DNA of 64,000 nucleotides from an uncultured delta proteobacterium. Lineage in GTDB: Bacteria; Desulfobacterota; Binatia; HRBIN30; BPIQ01. A program made the translations under genes and the position numbers. Of the stretch, positions 1 through 9,690 are shown piece after piece. The notes under the pieces were generated by a model, which saw only the letters and a program-made list of their open reading frames with translations, did not search any database and had not been told where the DNA came from. How positions within the stretch are numbered: the stretch's first letter is position 1; each line of letters opens with the position of its first letter. The DNA lies in the NCBI GenBank assembly GCA_963761335.1, contig CAVXGR010000011.1, forward strand, positions 480,001 through 544,000. The letters run 5' to 3'.

Positions 1-27
1 ATCACCATGAGAGAGCGGCAGGCAGTA

Positions 28-867
28 TCACACCCGGATGTCGGCGACCACACCGAAGTGGTCGCTGGCGAAGACGGCGCCGCGGGGCGCGGTGTAGGCG
101 AGACGCGCCGACTCGATCCAGCCGCGACCGTCGGCGGGGATCGGCAGGCCGACGAGGATGTAGTCGATGCGCCGGTTGGGCTCGAAGTTGAAGGCGGCGA
201 AGCAGTTGGCGTTGTCCCAGGTGTATCCGGGGCCGCCGTCCCCGGCGACGCGCCAGGCATCCTGGAAGTAGGCGCTGTCGCCGTCGATCGAGGCGAGGCC
301 GGCGAGGAAGCGGATCTCGCGGGAGTCGGGCTCCGCATTGAGGTCGCCGACCAGGATCGGCGGCTGCGCGCACTCCTCCGACCAGCGGCCGACGAACCGC
401 GCCGCGGCCAGCGCCTGCCGCTCGCGCACCCAACCGTGATGGAACTTCCAGTTGAGGTGGGTGACGGCGAAAGGCAGCGGACCTCGCGGCGCCTCGACGA
501 TCACCGCCACCAGGCTGCGTCGCTCGCCGCTCTCCTCGCCCGGCAGCGGCAGCACCTCGCTGCGGGCGATCGGCCAGCGCGAGGCGGCGACGTTGCCGAA
601 GCGGTCCCCGTCGGGGTGGTCGTGGGGCAGCAAGCTCTCGCGATCGTTCCAGGAGAAGGCGGCGCCGTAGACCCAGTGGTACGGCAGGCCGTCGAGAATC
701 ATTGCCGCCTGATCGAAGCCGTCGCGGCGCACGACGATCTCCTGGAGTCCGATGAGGTCCGGCTGCAGCTCCTCGATGCCGGCGCGAATCAGCTCGATGC
801 GCTCGTCGAGCGGCTCCGAGATGTTCCAGCAGTTGAGCGTCAGGACGCGGGCGGTGCCGTTGCTCAT
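28..867 (-). CDS. Endonuclease/exonuclease/phosphatase (EEP) family protein
   Basis: TLNCWN, GLQEI, GDLNA, RIDYI and SDH motifs of the DNase I-like fold. Confidence 0.88.
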   Translation of the reverse strand: MSNGTARVLTLNCWNISEPLDERIELIRAGIEELQPDLIGLQEIVVRRDGFDQAAMILDGLPYHWVYGAAFSWNDRESLLPHDHPDGDRFGNVAASRWPIARSEVLPLPGEESGERRSLVAVIVEAPRGPLPFAVTHLNWKFHHGWVRERQALAAARFVGRWSEECAQPPILVGDLNAEPDSREIRFLAGLASIDGDSAYFQDAWRVAGDGGPGYTWDNANCFAAFNFEPNRRIDYILVGLPIPADGRGWIESARLAYTAPRGAVFASDHFGVVADIRV

Positions 868-906
868 GGGAAGCGAGAGCCGAGGGATCGCCGGTCCGCC
901 GCCGGG

Positions 907-2211
907 CTACTGGCCGTCCTCCTCGCCGCGCTGCTCGACCGGCACATAGTCGCGGCGCCGGTGGCCGACGTAGATCTGCCGCGGGCGGGCGATGCGCTGC
1001 TCCTCGTCGGCCAGCATCTCCGCCCACTGCGCCAGCCACCCGGCGGTGCGCGGGATGGCGAAGAGCACCGGGAACATGTCGGTGGGGAAGCCCATCGCCT
1101 GGTAGATGATGCCCGAGTAGAAATCGACGTTCGGGTAGAGGCGTCGCGAGATGAAGTACTCATCGGAGAGCGCGATGCGCTCGAGCTCGAGAGCGATGTC
1201 GATCAGCGGGCTCCCGCCGGTGACCTCGAAGACGTCGTGCGCCAGCTTCTTGATGATCTTGGCGCGCGGGTCGTAGTTCTTGTAGATGCGGTGCCCGAAG
1301 CCCATCAGGCGTCCTTCGCCGTTCTTCACGCGCTTGATGTACTCGGGAATCTTGGCGATGTCGCCGATTTGAGTGAGCATGCGCACCACCGCCTCGTTGG
1401 CGCCGCCGTGGAGTGGCCCGTAGAGCGCCGCGGTGGCGGCGGCGACGGCGGAGAAGGGGTCGGCCTGCGAGCTGCCGACGCAGCGCATGGCGTTGGTGCT
1501 GCAGTTCTGCTCGTGGTCGGCGTGAAGAATGAAGAGCACGTCGAGAGCCCGCGCCAGCACCGGATGCGGCTGATACTTCAGCTCCGTCTTCTTGAAGAGC
1601 ATGTTCAGGAAGTTCCCGGTGTAGCTCAGGTCGTTGTCCGGATAGGCGTACGGCATGCCGACCGAGTGGCGGAAGGCAAAGGCGGCGAGCGTCGGCATCT
1701 TGGCGATCAGCCGGTGCGTCTGCGTCTTGCGCGACTCGGCATCGAAGATCTTCTTGGCGTCGGGATAGAAGGTCGACAGGGCGCCGACGGCGCTCACCAG
1801 GATCCCCATCGGGTGGGCGTCGTAGTGGAAGCCGTCGATGAACTTCTTGATGTTCTCGTGCAGCATGGTGTGGTGCGTGATGTTGTGAACGAAGGCCTCG
1901 AGGTTTGTCGGACGCGGCAGCTCGCCCTTGAGGATGAGATAGGCGACCTCCAGAAAGGTGCTCTTCTCCGCCAGCTGCTCGATCGGGTAGCCGCGGTACT
2001 CGAGGATGCCCTTGTCGCCGTCGATGAAGGTGATGGCGCTGCGGCAGGCCGCGGTGTTGACGAAGGCCGGATCATACGACAGCAGCCCGGGATCGCCTTC
2101 GCCGACGCGGACCTGACGCAGATCGGTGGCGCGAATGGCGCCGTCGGTGATCGGCAGCTGGTACTCCTTGCCGGTCCGCATGTCCTTCACCAGCAGCATG
2201 TCCTGTCCCAT
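907..2211 (-). CDS. gltA: Citrate synthase
   Basis: HADHEQN, GPLHGGAN, GFGHRIY, YPNVDFYSG and RPRQ motifs all intact. Confidence 0.95.
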   Translation of the reverse strand: MGQDMLLVKDMRTGKEYQLPITDGAIRATDLRQVRVGEGDPGLLSYDPAFVNTAACRSAITFIDGDKGILEYRGYPIEQLAEKSTFLEVAYLILKGELPRPTNLEAFVHNITHHTMLHENIKKFIDGFHYDAHPMGILVSAVGALSTFYPDAKKIFDAESRKTQTHRLIAKMPTLAAFAFRHSVGMPYAYPDNDLSYTGNFLNMLFKKTELKYQPHPVLARALDVLFILHADHEQNCSTNAMRCVGSSQADPFSAVAAATAALYGPLHGGANEAVVRMLTQIGDIAKIPEYIKRVKNGEGRLMGFGHRIYKNYDPRAKIIKKLAHDVFEVTGGSPLIDIALELERIALSDEYFISRRLYPNVDFYSGIIYQAMGFPTDMFPVLFAIPRTAGWLAQWAEMLADEEQRIARPRQIYVGHRRRDYVPVEQRGEEDGQ

Positions 2212-2319
2212 CGTCGTGCCTCCTCGCAGATCTCTCCGCAGGTCGCGGCTCGCGCCGGACCCCGGCGCATACTCGCCCCAAACTACGCCGTCGCCAGCGC
2301 AGACTCAATCCGGGCGCCG

Positions 2320-3618
2320 TCAATCGGCGCCGTCGGGGAGCATCGGCACCGCGGCAGTGAGCACCTCGTGGCCGGCGGCGGTGACCAGCACGTCGTCCTC
2401 GATGCGCACGCCGATGCCGCGCCAGCGCGGATCGGCGCTCTCGTTGTGCGCCGCGACGTAGATACCGGGCTCGACGGTGAGCACCATGCCGGGCGCCAGG
2501 GCGCGCGAGCGCCCCTCGGCCTTGTAGCCGCCGACGTCGTGCACGTCCATGCCGAGCCAGTGACTGGTGCGGTGCATGTAGAACGGCTTGTAGAGCTCCT
2601 TCTCCAGCACCTCGTCGGCGGACCCCTCGAGCAGCCCGAGCGAGAGCATGCCGTCGACCAGCACGCGCAGCGCCCGCTGGTGCACCTCGTCGAAGAGAAC
2701 GCCGGGAGCCACGGCGTCGATCGCCGCCCGCTGCGCTCCGGTGACGACGTCGAAGATCTCCCGCTGCGCCTCGCCGAAGCGGCGGCCGACCGGGTAGGTG
2801 CGGGTGACGTCGGCGCAGTAGTAGTCGAACTCGGCTCCGGCGTCGATGAGGACCAGATCGCCGTCGCGCATCTCCCGGTCGTTCGCCGTGTAGTGCAGAA
2901 CGGTGGCGTTGGCGCCGGAGGCCACGATCGACGGGTAGGCCGGGCCCATGCCGCCGCGACGCCGGAAGACGTACTCGAGCTCGGCCTCGAGGACGTACTC
3001 GGCGACCCCGGGGCACCGCGCCGCCATGGCGGCGCGGTGCGCTTCGGCGCTGATCTCGGCGGCCCGCCGCATCTGTTCCAGCTCCTCCTCGCTCTTGAAG
3101 AGGCGCATCTCGTGGACGATCTCGCCGGCGTCGAGCAACGCCGCGGGGCCGGAGCCAGTGCGCGGCCGCATCGCCTGCCATTGCCGCATCCAGTCGAGCA
3201 GACGGCGGTTGAATCTCTCGTCGCGCCCGGCGCTGGCGTAGAGCGAATCGCGATCGGCCAGGTAGTGCTGCACGCGCTCATCGAGGCGATCGATGGTGTA
3301 GGCCATGTCGGCGCCGTAGCGCTCCATCGCGCCCTCGACGCCGGCGCGATCGCCGGTCCAGGTCTCGCGCTCGGGATCGCGGGCGCGGACGAAGAGAACG
3401 AACGGCTCCTTGGCATGCCCGGGAAGAAAGAGCGCCGCCGCTTCCGGCTCGGGAAAGCCGGTCAGGTAATAGAAGTCGCTGTCCTGCCGGTAGCGATGCT
3501 CGACGTCGTTGGAACGCACGGATTCCGGGGCGCTCACCAGAAGCGCCGCCGAGCCGGGCTGCAGCCGTGAGAGAAACTCGCGGCGGCGGGCGGCGAACAC
3601 CTCGGCCCGCATCGCCAT
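2320..3618 (-). CDS. pepP: Xaa-Pro aminopeptidase (aminopeptidase P, M24B)
   Basis: RQDSDFYYLTG N-domain; DAG, ADVTRT, HWLGMDVHD, EPGIY, GVRIEDD metal-binding motifs. Confidence 0.93.
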   Translation of the reverse strand: MAMRAEVFAARRREFLSRLQPGSAALLVSAPESVRSNDVEHRYRQDSDFYYLTGFPEPEAAALFLPGHAKEPFVLFVRARDPERETWTGDRAGVEGAMERYGADMAYTIDRLDERVQHYLADRDSLYASAGRDERFNRRLLDWMRQWQAMRPRTGSGPAALLDAGEIVHEMRLFKSEEELEQMRRAAEISAEAHRAAMAARCPGVAEYVLEAELEYVFRRRGGMGPAYPSIVASGANATVLHYTANDREMRDGDLVLIDAGAEFDYYCADVTRTYPVGRRFGEAQREIFDVVTGAQRAAIDAVAPGVLFDEVHQRALRVLVDGMLSLGLLEGSADEVLEKELYKPFYMHRTSHWLGMDVHDVGGYKAEGRSRALAPGMVLTVEPGIYVAAHNESADPRWRGIGVRIEDDVLVTAAGHEVLTAAVPMLPDGAD

Positions 3619-3622
3619 CGCC

Positions 3623-4369
3623 TCAGGTCTGATCGCCCATCAACGAGCGGATCAGGTCGATCGGCCAGGGAAAGAGAATGGTGTTGTTCTTCTCGGTGCC
3701 CACCTGGGTGAGCGTCTGCAGGAAGCGCAGCTGCAGCGCTACGCCGCCCTCCATCAGCCGCGCCGCTTCGGTGAGGCGGTCGGCGGCCTGGAACTCGCCT
3801 TCGGCCGAGATCACCTTGGCGCGGCGCAGGCGTTCCGCCTCGGCCTGCCGGGCCATGGCGCGCTTCATCTCCTCGGGAAGGTCGACGTCCTTCACCTCGA
3901 CCAGCACCACCTTGATTCCCCAGGGCTCGGTGTTGGTATCGATGATCTCCTGGAGCAGGGCGTTGAATTTATCCCGCTCGCTCAGCAGCTCATCGAGCTG
4001 CGCCTGACCGCAGACGCTGCGGAGCGTGGTCTGCGCCAGCTGTGAGGTGGCGTAGAGGTAGTTCTGCACCTCGACCACGGCGCGGTTGGGATCGATGACG
4101 CGAAAGTAGAGAACGGCGCTGACCTTCACCGAGACGTTGTCGCGGGTGATGACGTCCTGCGACGGCACGTTGAGCGTGATCGTGCGCAGGTCGAGGCGAT
4201 ACATTTGCTCGATCACGGGGATGACGTAGACAATCCCCGGCCCGCGCGCTCCGACGATGCGGCCGAGGCGCAGCACCACGATCCGCTCGTACTCGCGCAC
4301 CACCTTGACGCCGCTGATCAGGAGGAGCGCCGCGACAACGACGACGGTGAGAACCGGGCCGATGATCAT
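3623..4369 (-). CDS. SPFH/band-7 stomatin-like (slipin) protein
   Basis: N-terminal TM, QDVITRDNVSV, AQTTLRSV, WGIKV, AMARQAEAER. Confidence 0.92.
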   Translation of the reverse strand: MIIGPVLTVVVVAALLLISGVKVVREYERIVVLRLGRIVGARGPGIVYVIPVIEQMYRLDLRTITLNVPSQDVITRDNVSVKVSAVLYFRVIDPNRAVVEVQNYLYATSQLAQTTLRSVCGQAQLDELLSERDKFNALLQEIIDTNTEPWGIKVVLVEVKDVDLPEEMKRAMARQAEAERLRRAKVISAEGEFQAADRLTEAARLMEGGVALQLRFLQTLTQVGTEKNNTILFPWPIDLIRSLMGDQT

Positions 4370-4479
4370 GGTCGACAGCCTAGCAGCGTTTGCCGAAACA
4401 GCAAGGAGAGCTCCCCCTGCGGGATTTGCACTCCTTTCCGCATGCGCCTACCCTGCCAACGGAAGCTTCCCGCTTGTCC

Positions 4480-5010
4480 ATGCCCTCGATGAAAGCCGCG
4501 GTCGGGCGCGCCGCCGCAGCGGTTCTGTCACTCGCGCCGGTTGCCCTCGTCTCGCTGCTGGCGCTCGGCCTCGTCCCCGGCTGCAGCCGTAAGAACGAGG
4601 CGGAGAAGACGGCGGCGGGATCGCAGCCGCGCGTGATCGAGGTCGATCGCTTCTCGGCGCGCCTGGAGAAATCCGACGACAAGGAGCGCCTCATCGTCAG
4701 CTTCCGCCTGCGCAGCAGCTTGCCGGAGGCTCTCGGGTGCTACGTGTTCGTGGTGGCGCGCGCCGATCGCGCCACCCCGAAGCTGTGGGCCATCTGGCCG
4801 ACGCAGAACCCCGGCCTGGCAATCAGTGCCGGCGGCAACTTCCACGCCGCCCATCCGTCGAGCGGCCATCTCCTCCAGCTCGGCGACAGCTGGTCGCGCA
4901 TCGACGCCACCCTGCCGCGCACCGTGGGCCAGCCGCCCTTCGACTTCGCCGTCGTCTACGTCGTCGCTCCCGACGGCAACATCCTGCTGGCGCATCCCTT
5001 CCCACTTTAG
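4480..5010 (+). CDS. Hypothetical lipoprotein
   Basis: Hydrophobic signal ending LVPGC (lipobox-like), coding-like GC3; start uncertain (4480 or 4489). Confidence 0.65.
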   Translation: MPSMKAAVGRAAAAVLSLAPVALVSLLALGLVPGCSRKNEAEKTAAGSQPRVIEVDRFSARLEKSDDKERLIVSFRLRSSLPEALGCYVFVVARADRATPKLWAIWPTQNPGLAISAGGNFHAAHPSSGHLLQLGDSWSRIDATLPRTVGQPPFDFAVVYVVAPDGNILLAHPFPL

Positions 5011-5062
5011 TTTCCGGTTTCTCAGTTTCGCGGCTGTGCGGTCTTTGCTAGAGAGCTGCGGC

Positions 5063-6100
5063 ATGAGACGCTCCGCCGCACTCGGCATCGTCCTGACTGT
5101 CGCCCTCACGGCGTGCAGCTCGCCGCCGCGTCCGCCGTGCCGCTCGGCGCCGCCGCTGGCAACCATCTGCGGCTTCGAGAATCCCGAGGACGCCGCCCCG
5201 ATCGGCGGCGGCGCGCTGGTGGTGAGCAACCTGCGACTGCGCGGCCAGGGCGGGTTCCTCTCGATCCTGGCGGGTGGCGAGCCGCACCGCGCCTGGCCGC
5301 CGTCGGGCACGGCGCCGCGCGTCTCTCCGCTCACCGGCCTGGGCGACGACGACTGTCCGCCCCCGTCGGCGGCCGACTTCGCGCCGCACGGCGTGTTTGC
5401 ATCCGCGGTCACCCCGGCGCGGGTATATGTCATCAATCACGGCGGGCGAGAATCGATCGAGATCTTCGGCGTGGACGGCAGCGCGGGCGAAGCGGCGCTC
5501 ACCTGGCAGGCATGTGTCATGCTGCCGCCCAACACTTCGGCCAACGACCTGGCGGTCGCCGCCGACGGCGAGATCATCGCCAGCAACTACCTGCCCTCGG
5601 CGCGCGCCTGGTGGGGCAGCATCAAGTACATCCTCGGCCTGCCCACCGGCGACCTGATCGCCTGGAAGCGCGACCGCGGCTGGCGCCACGTCGCCGGCAC
5701 CACCGCCAGCGCCGCCAACGGCGTCGCCGTCTCCGCCGACGGCCGCTGGATCTACTACTCGGAAACCGGCGGCGGCAAGGTCGATCGCATCCCGCGGGAA
5801 GGGGGCACCCCGCAGCGCGCCGCCGTCCCCGGTTGGCCCGACAACCTCTCCTGGAGCGACCACGGCACACTGCTGCTGGCGACGCACATGTCGGGCCTGC
5901 AGTTCATCGCCTGCGCCTTCCGCTCCCCGTGCCGATCCCCGTGGCGGCTGCTGGAGGTCGACCCGCAGACCCTGAAAGCGAGCCCCCGTCTCGACAATGA
6001 CGGCAACCTGCTCGGCGCCGTCGCCGGAGCTCAGCAGCTCGGCGACACCACCTATCTCACCGCCGTCTTCGGCGACCGAATCGGCGTGATCAGAAAGTGA
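5063..6100 (+). CDS. SMP-30/gluconolactonase/paraoxonase-like beta-propeller lipoprotein
   Basis: LTAC lipobox; NPED, FAPHG, NHGGRESIEIF, ANDL, ANGV, PDNL motifs; ATG 5063 in frame with listed ORF 4826..6100. Confidence 0.82.
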   Translation: MRRSAALGIVLTVALTACSSPPRPPCRSAPPLATICGFENPEDAAPIGGGALVVSNLRLRGQGGFLSILAGGEPHRAWPPSGTAPRVSPLTGLGDDDCPPPSAADFAPHGVFASAVTPARVYVINHGGRESIEIFGVDGSAGEAALTWQACVMLPPNTSANDLAVAADGEIIASNYLPSARAWWGSIKYILGLPTGDLIAWKRDRGWRHVAGTTASAANGVAVSADGRWIYYSETGGGKVDRIPREGGTPQRAAVPGWPDNLSWSDHGTLLLATHMSGLQFIACAFRSPCRSPWRLLEVDPQTLKASPRLDNDGNLLGAVAGAQQLGDTTYLTAVFGDRIGVIRK

Positions 6101-6200
6101 CTCGGTGGCTCGGTGGCCCGGTATCTCGGTCCTGAGCCCGAGAACCAGCCAACCCGAAAACCGAGTAACCGAGCCACCGAGATACCGAGCCACTGAGAAA
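6101..6200. repeat. Inverted pair of 8-nt-period repeats (CTCGGTGG... / ...CCGAGCCA) between convergent genes
   Basis: ctcggtgg ctcggtgg cccggtat ctcggt faces ccgagtaa ccgagcca ccgagata ccgagcca; half copy at about 7928-7950. Confidence 0.75.
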
Positions 6201-6216
6201 CTGCCGGCGCAGCCGG

Positions 6217-7815
6217 CTAGAATCCCGAAAACTCTTCGGCCGCCTGCTTGATCAGCTCGCCGTCCGGCTCGAGGATGAAGCCGGCCTGAACCGCCTGGTC
6301 GGTCGCCTCACTCACCGCCGACACGTAGTCCTGGTGGGTCGGATAGAGCGCCTCCAGGGTCGCGGCATCGAAGGGCACGGTGGTCCCGAAGATGAAGCAG
6401 AAGCCGCCGCCGGTCTGCCCGAGCCCCGACAGCGTGGCGATCGGCGCATCGACGTAGGGCGTGCGAATGCCGCCCTCGACGTTTCCGAAGGCATCGGTGA
6501 CGAATGCCGGCGGAGTTCCCGCCGTCTCCAGGCGCGGCGCCATCGGCGGCGGGCCGTCACCGCGGATCCAGCGGTCGAGCGCCGCAAGCGCCGCGTTCAG
6601 CACGAAGTGCTGCGGTCCGGAGTTGATCGGTTTGTCGCACTCGATGATTCCGGGAATCGGGCTCGAGGTGATCAGCACCTTTGCCGACCTCGCGGAGCCG
6701 GCACCATCGGACATGCCGGTCGCCAGCGTGTAGCTGTCGGCGTGCGCGGTACCCGCCACCTCCCAGAGCCGGAAGAGCGCCGTATCCGCCTGGCGGCTCG
6801 CCAGATATCCCAGGAGAAGGAGATCGGTCTCGGTCTCGAAGGTCAGCACCGGGACGCTCAGATCGCCGCGGATGAAGGCGACGCCGGGAACGGCGATCTG
6901 CGCCTGCGGCGACTGCGAGAGCGGCGCACCGTCGCCGCCGCGGCTGTGAACCAGGAACCCGTCGAAAAGGTTGACGAGGGGATGGATGGCGTTGATGTAG
7001 GTGACCAGGCGGAAGGCCGACTGCGACTCACCGACCGCGATCAGGCGCTGCGCGTGCAGACCGCCGAGCGGATCGACGTCCTGCGGATGGCGGATCACCT
7101 GCGCCACCTGCGAGAAGATGTCGTACGAGAAGCTGTCCCCCGGATGGGAGAGCGTGCCGTAACGCGCTGGGTTCGCGGCCTTGAGACTCAGATCGGGTAG
7201 GCCCGGAATGGTCTGCGCGCCGCCCTCGACGCCGACGGCCTGCGCCGAGACGCCGACCCAGGCATAGCCACTGCGGATCATCTCGATGTGCGCCGTGGTC
7301 CAATCCGGCGCCGCGTCGAGGCCGCCGCTGACGTTGAGCCACTCGACCACGACCGAGCCGTTGAAGGCCTCTGGATCGATCGGCCGGTACACGACGATGC
7401 GGGTCTTGTAGGGCGCGGTGGCAGCGGGCACGGCGTTCCAGACGCCGTCGGAGCCCAGAGCGCCGTCGTTGACGTAGCTCGTCGCCAGACCGGAGAGGAA
7501 GTACTCCGCCTGCAGGTAGCCAACGCTGGCCAGATCGAAGCTGGAGGTCTGCACGAAGGGGGTCCCGGGCCCGGTGATCGGCCCCTCGAGAAGGGGTCCC
7601 GGAACGACCGTCGCCGTCGGCTGCGGGGATGCGGTCGCCGTGTCGGACGGGGTTGGGCTCGGCGAGGACGTGGGGCTCGGCAGCGCGACCGTCGCCGTCG
7701 GCGTCGCCGGGGTCGGGTTGCCGTTGCCGCCGCAACCGGCCGTCACCAGCACAGCCACGGTCAGAGCAACCGCCACAGCCGATCGACGCGCAACATTCCC
7801 AGCATGTTCTCCCAT
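6217..7815 (-). CDS. Alpha/beta hydrolase domain lipoprotein with Pro/Thr linker
   Basis: TAGC lipobox, PT-rich linker, VVVEWLNVS, GESQSA nucleophile-like motif, EVAGTAHAD; AAGGAAGG upstream of ATG 7815. Confidence 0.82.
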   Translation of the reverse strand: MGEHAGNVARRSAVAVALTVAVLVTAGCGGNGNPTPATPTATVALPSPTSSPSPTPSDTATASPQPTATVVPGPLLEGPITGPGTPFVQTSSFDLASVGYLQAEYFLSGLATSYVNDGALGSDGVWNAVPAATAPYKTRIVVYRPIDPEAFNGSVVVEWLNVSGGLDAAPDWTTAHIEMIRSGYAWVGVSAQAVGVEGGAQTIPGLPDLSLKAANPARYGTLSHPGDSFSYDIFSQVAQVIRHPQDVDPLGGLHAQRLIAVGESQSAFRLVTYINAIHPLVNLFDGFLVHSRGGDGAPLSQSPQAQIAVPGVAFIRGDLSVPVLTFETETDLLLLGYLASRQADTALFRLWEVAGTAHADSYTLATGMSDGAGSARSAKVLITSSPIPGIIECDKPINSGPQHFVLNAALAALDRWIRGDGPPPMAPRLETAGTPPAFVTDAFGNVEGGIRTPYVDAPIATLSGLGQTGGGFCFIFGTTVPFDAATLEALYPTHQDYVSAVSEATDQAVQAGFILEPDGELIKQAAEEFSGF

Positions 7816-7952
7816 TCGCCCTTCCTTATCATCCGCTTCGATTAGTGCATTTGCACCGAGAATGTCCACCGCGACGTCCCGCCGCCGGGCGGGGTTGAAA
7901 CCGGCGGCTACCATCGCGACTCAATCCACCGAGAGACCGAGCCACCGAGCCG

Positions 7953-8282
7953 CTGCTTCGAAAATCTGTTGGGTGAAGGTCTGGCGGAGCCCCGGCGCTT
8001 GGCGTGGAGCTTATCGCCCCGGAGGGTCTGTCGGAGCCCGGGCGCTGGGTGTGGAGGTCTTATCGCCCCGGAGGGGCGCGGGCGTGTAGCCCCGGGCGCC
8101 AACCCGGGGACCGCGTTCCGATTGCCCGGATCAGCACTTTTCCCTGGGTTTCACCCGGGGCTACACGCCACCGCCCCTCCGGGGCGAACTTCGCCGAGGC
8201 CAGAACCGCCAAATCCCTTCCCGGGTCAGAACCCCGGCCTCATTTTCATCGTCTGCTGGCGAGCCGCAAGGCTCATGACGCG
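7953..8282 (-). mobile_element. Element A copy (non-autonomous composite repeat, reverse orientation)
   Basis: Reverse complement of termini CATGAGCCTTGCGGCTC...GATGAAAATG and CCCAACAGATTTTCGAAGCAG; internal GTAGCCCCGGG...CCCGGGG hairpins. Confidence 0.7.
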
Positions 8283-8290
8283 CCGCTTCC

Positions 8291-9547
8291 TCAGCGCGGC
8301 AGAGCGCCGCCGACCGATTCGCTGAGCTTCTGCCCGATGGTCTTGTCGTCGACCGTGCCACCCATCTTCTGCATCATCACCGGATAGGAGTCGATCGGCT
8401 CGACGTTGGCGGCGGGGAGGGGCGGGATGCGTTGGGTCGCCTTCTCGATGTACGGCGCCAGCTCCTCTGCCTTGCGGCGGAGGCGCGCCTCGTGGCGCTC
8501 CTTGAAGCCGGGCTGTACGCGGGCGGCGAAGAGATCGAGCGACTCGCAGATGTGCTCGTGGCGGTTGTTGCCCGCCTGCTGGATGAAGATCACCTGATCG
8601 ACGCCGCTCTCCTCGAACTTCTCCAGGTTGGCGCGCACCTCGTCGGGGTTGCCGATGCCGCCGGTCGGCCCGCCGATGCTGGGGCCGTTCTTCTGGAAAT
8701 CCGCCCAGACGTCGAACGATCCAGGAACGTGCGTGCCGGTGATGTAGTAGTGGGCGAGGGCATAGCCGAAGAAATGGAACCCCTCGAGCCCGCGATCGAC
8801 GGCGACCTGGCTGTCCTCATGGCACATGAAGCCGGTGACCATGGCGACCTTCGGGTTGACGGCGCGCCCGATCGGCTCGCACTCGTTCTTGAACGTCGTG
8901 TAGTACTCCTCGACCCAATACTTGGCCTCGCTCGGATCGATGAAGGCGAAGGTGAGGGCCCCGATGCCGAGCTTCGCCGCCAGGCGGATGGTGTCGCGGT
9001 TCGAGCACGCCACCCAGAGAGGCGGATGCGGCTTCTGCAGCGGCTTGGGCACCAGATTGCGCGGCGGCATCGAAAAGTACTTTCCCGCGTAGCCGGGATA
9101 CGGCGACATCGAGATCATCTTGGCGCTCTCGCGTACCGCCTCGAGCCACATGTCGCGCTTTTCCATGTAGTTGATGTTGAAGCCCTCGAGCTCCAAGCGC
9201 GAGCTGGATTCGCCGGTACCCCATTCGACCCGGCCGTCGCTCACCAGGTCGAGGGTGGCGATGCGCTCGGCCACCCGCGCCGGATGGTTGTAGCTCGACG
9301 GCATCAGCGTGATGCCGTGGCCGAGGCGAATGTTCTTGGTGCGCTGGCTGCACGCCGCGAGAAACACCTCGGGCGCCGAGGAGTGCGAGTACTCCTCGAG
9401 GAAGTGGTGCTCCACCTCCCAGGCGTAGTCGATTCCCAGCCGGTCGGCGAGATCGACCTGCTCCAGAGCCTCGCGGAAGAGCTTGTGCTCGTCGCCCTCG
9501 CGCCAGGGGCGCGGAATCTGATGCTCGTAGAAGATGCCGAACTGCAT
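8291..9547 (-). CDS. LLM-class flavin-dependent oxidoreductase (luciferase-like)
   Basis: MQFGIFYEHQ, WEVEHHF, IRLGHGI, HPARVAERIATLDLVSDGRVEWGTG, PKPLQKPHPPLW. Confidence 0.92.
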   Translation of the reverse strand: MQFGIFYEHQIPRPWREGDEHKLFREALEQVDLADRLGIDYAWEVEHHFLEEYSHSSAPEVFLAACSQRTKNIRLGHGITLMPSSYNHPARVAERIATLDLVSDGRVEWGTGESSSRLELEGFNINYMEKRDMWLEAVRESAKMISMSPYPGYAGKYFSMPPRNLVPKPLQKPHPPLWVACSNRDTIRLAAKLGIGALTFAFIDPSEAKYWVEEYYTTFKNECEPIGRAVNPKVAMVTGFMCHEDSQVAVDRGLEGFHFFGYALAHYYITGTHVPGSFDVWADFQKNGPSIGGPTGGIGNPDEVRANLEKFEESGVDQVIFIQQAGNNRHEHICESLDLFAARVQPGFKERHEARLRRKAEELAPYIEKATQRIPPLPAANVEPIDSYPVMMQKMGGTVDDKTIGQKLSESVGGALPR

Positions 9548-9590
9548 GGGTGAACGATTGCAGTTCGGCAATGTCGTGTCCACTCCGCGA

Positions 9591-9663
9591 GGGGACAGGC
9601 TACTTTTGCGCCGCGCAATTTCACGCGGCCGAGCGAGCGCGCTCGCAAAAGTTGCCTGTCCCC
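9591..9663. repeat. Repeat family C palindrome (GGGGACAGGCTACTTTTGCG ... CGCAAAAGTTGCCTGTCCCC)
   Basis: 20-bp inverted arms; other copies at 46650-46726 and 46741-46812; interrupted copies at 24278-24338 and 40588-40643. Confidence 0.8.
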
Positions 9664-9690
9664 AGTCACCCGGAGACCGGTCGGGGACAG

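Noticed and set aside
7..3570. 1187-aa + strand ORF, and similar long ORFs (20048..22207, 30020..32113, 49720..52611, 54472..56124)
   Set aside because: Antisense shadows of well-supported genes, typical of high-GC codon usage.
3623..4369. NfeD-stomatin operon
   Set aside because: No nfeD-like gene upstream; the neighbour is a divergent lipoprotein gene.
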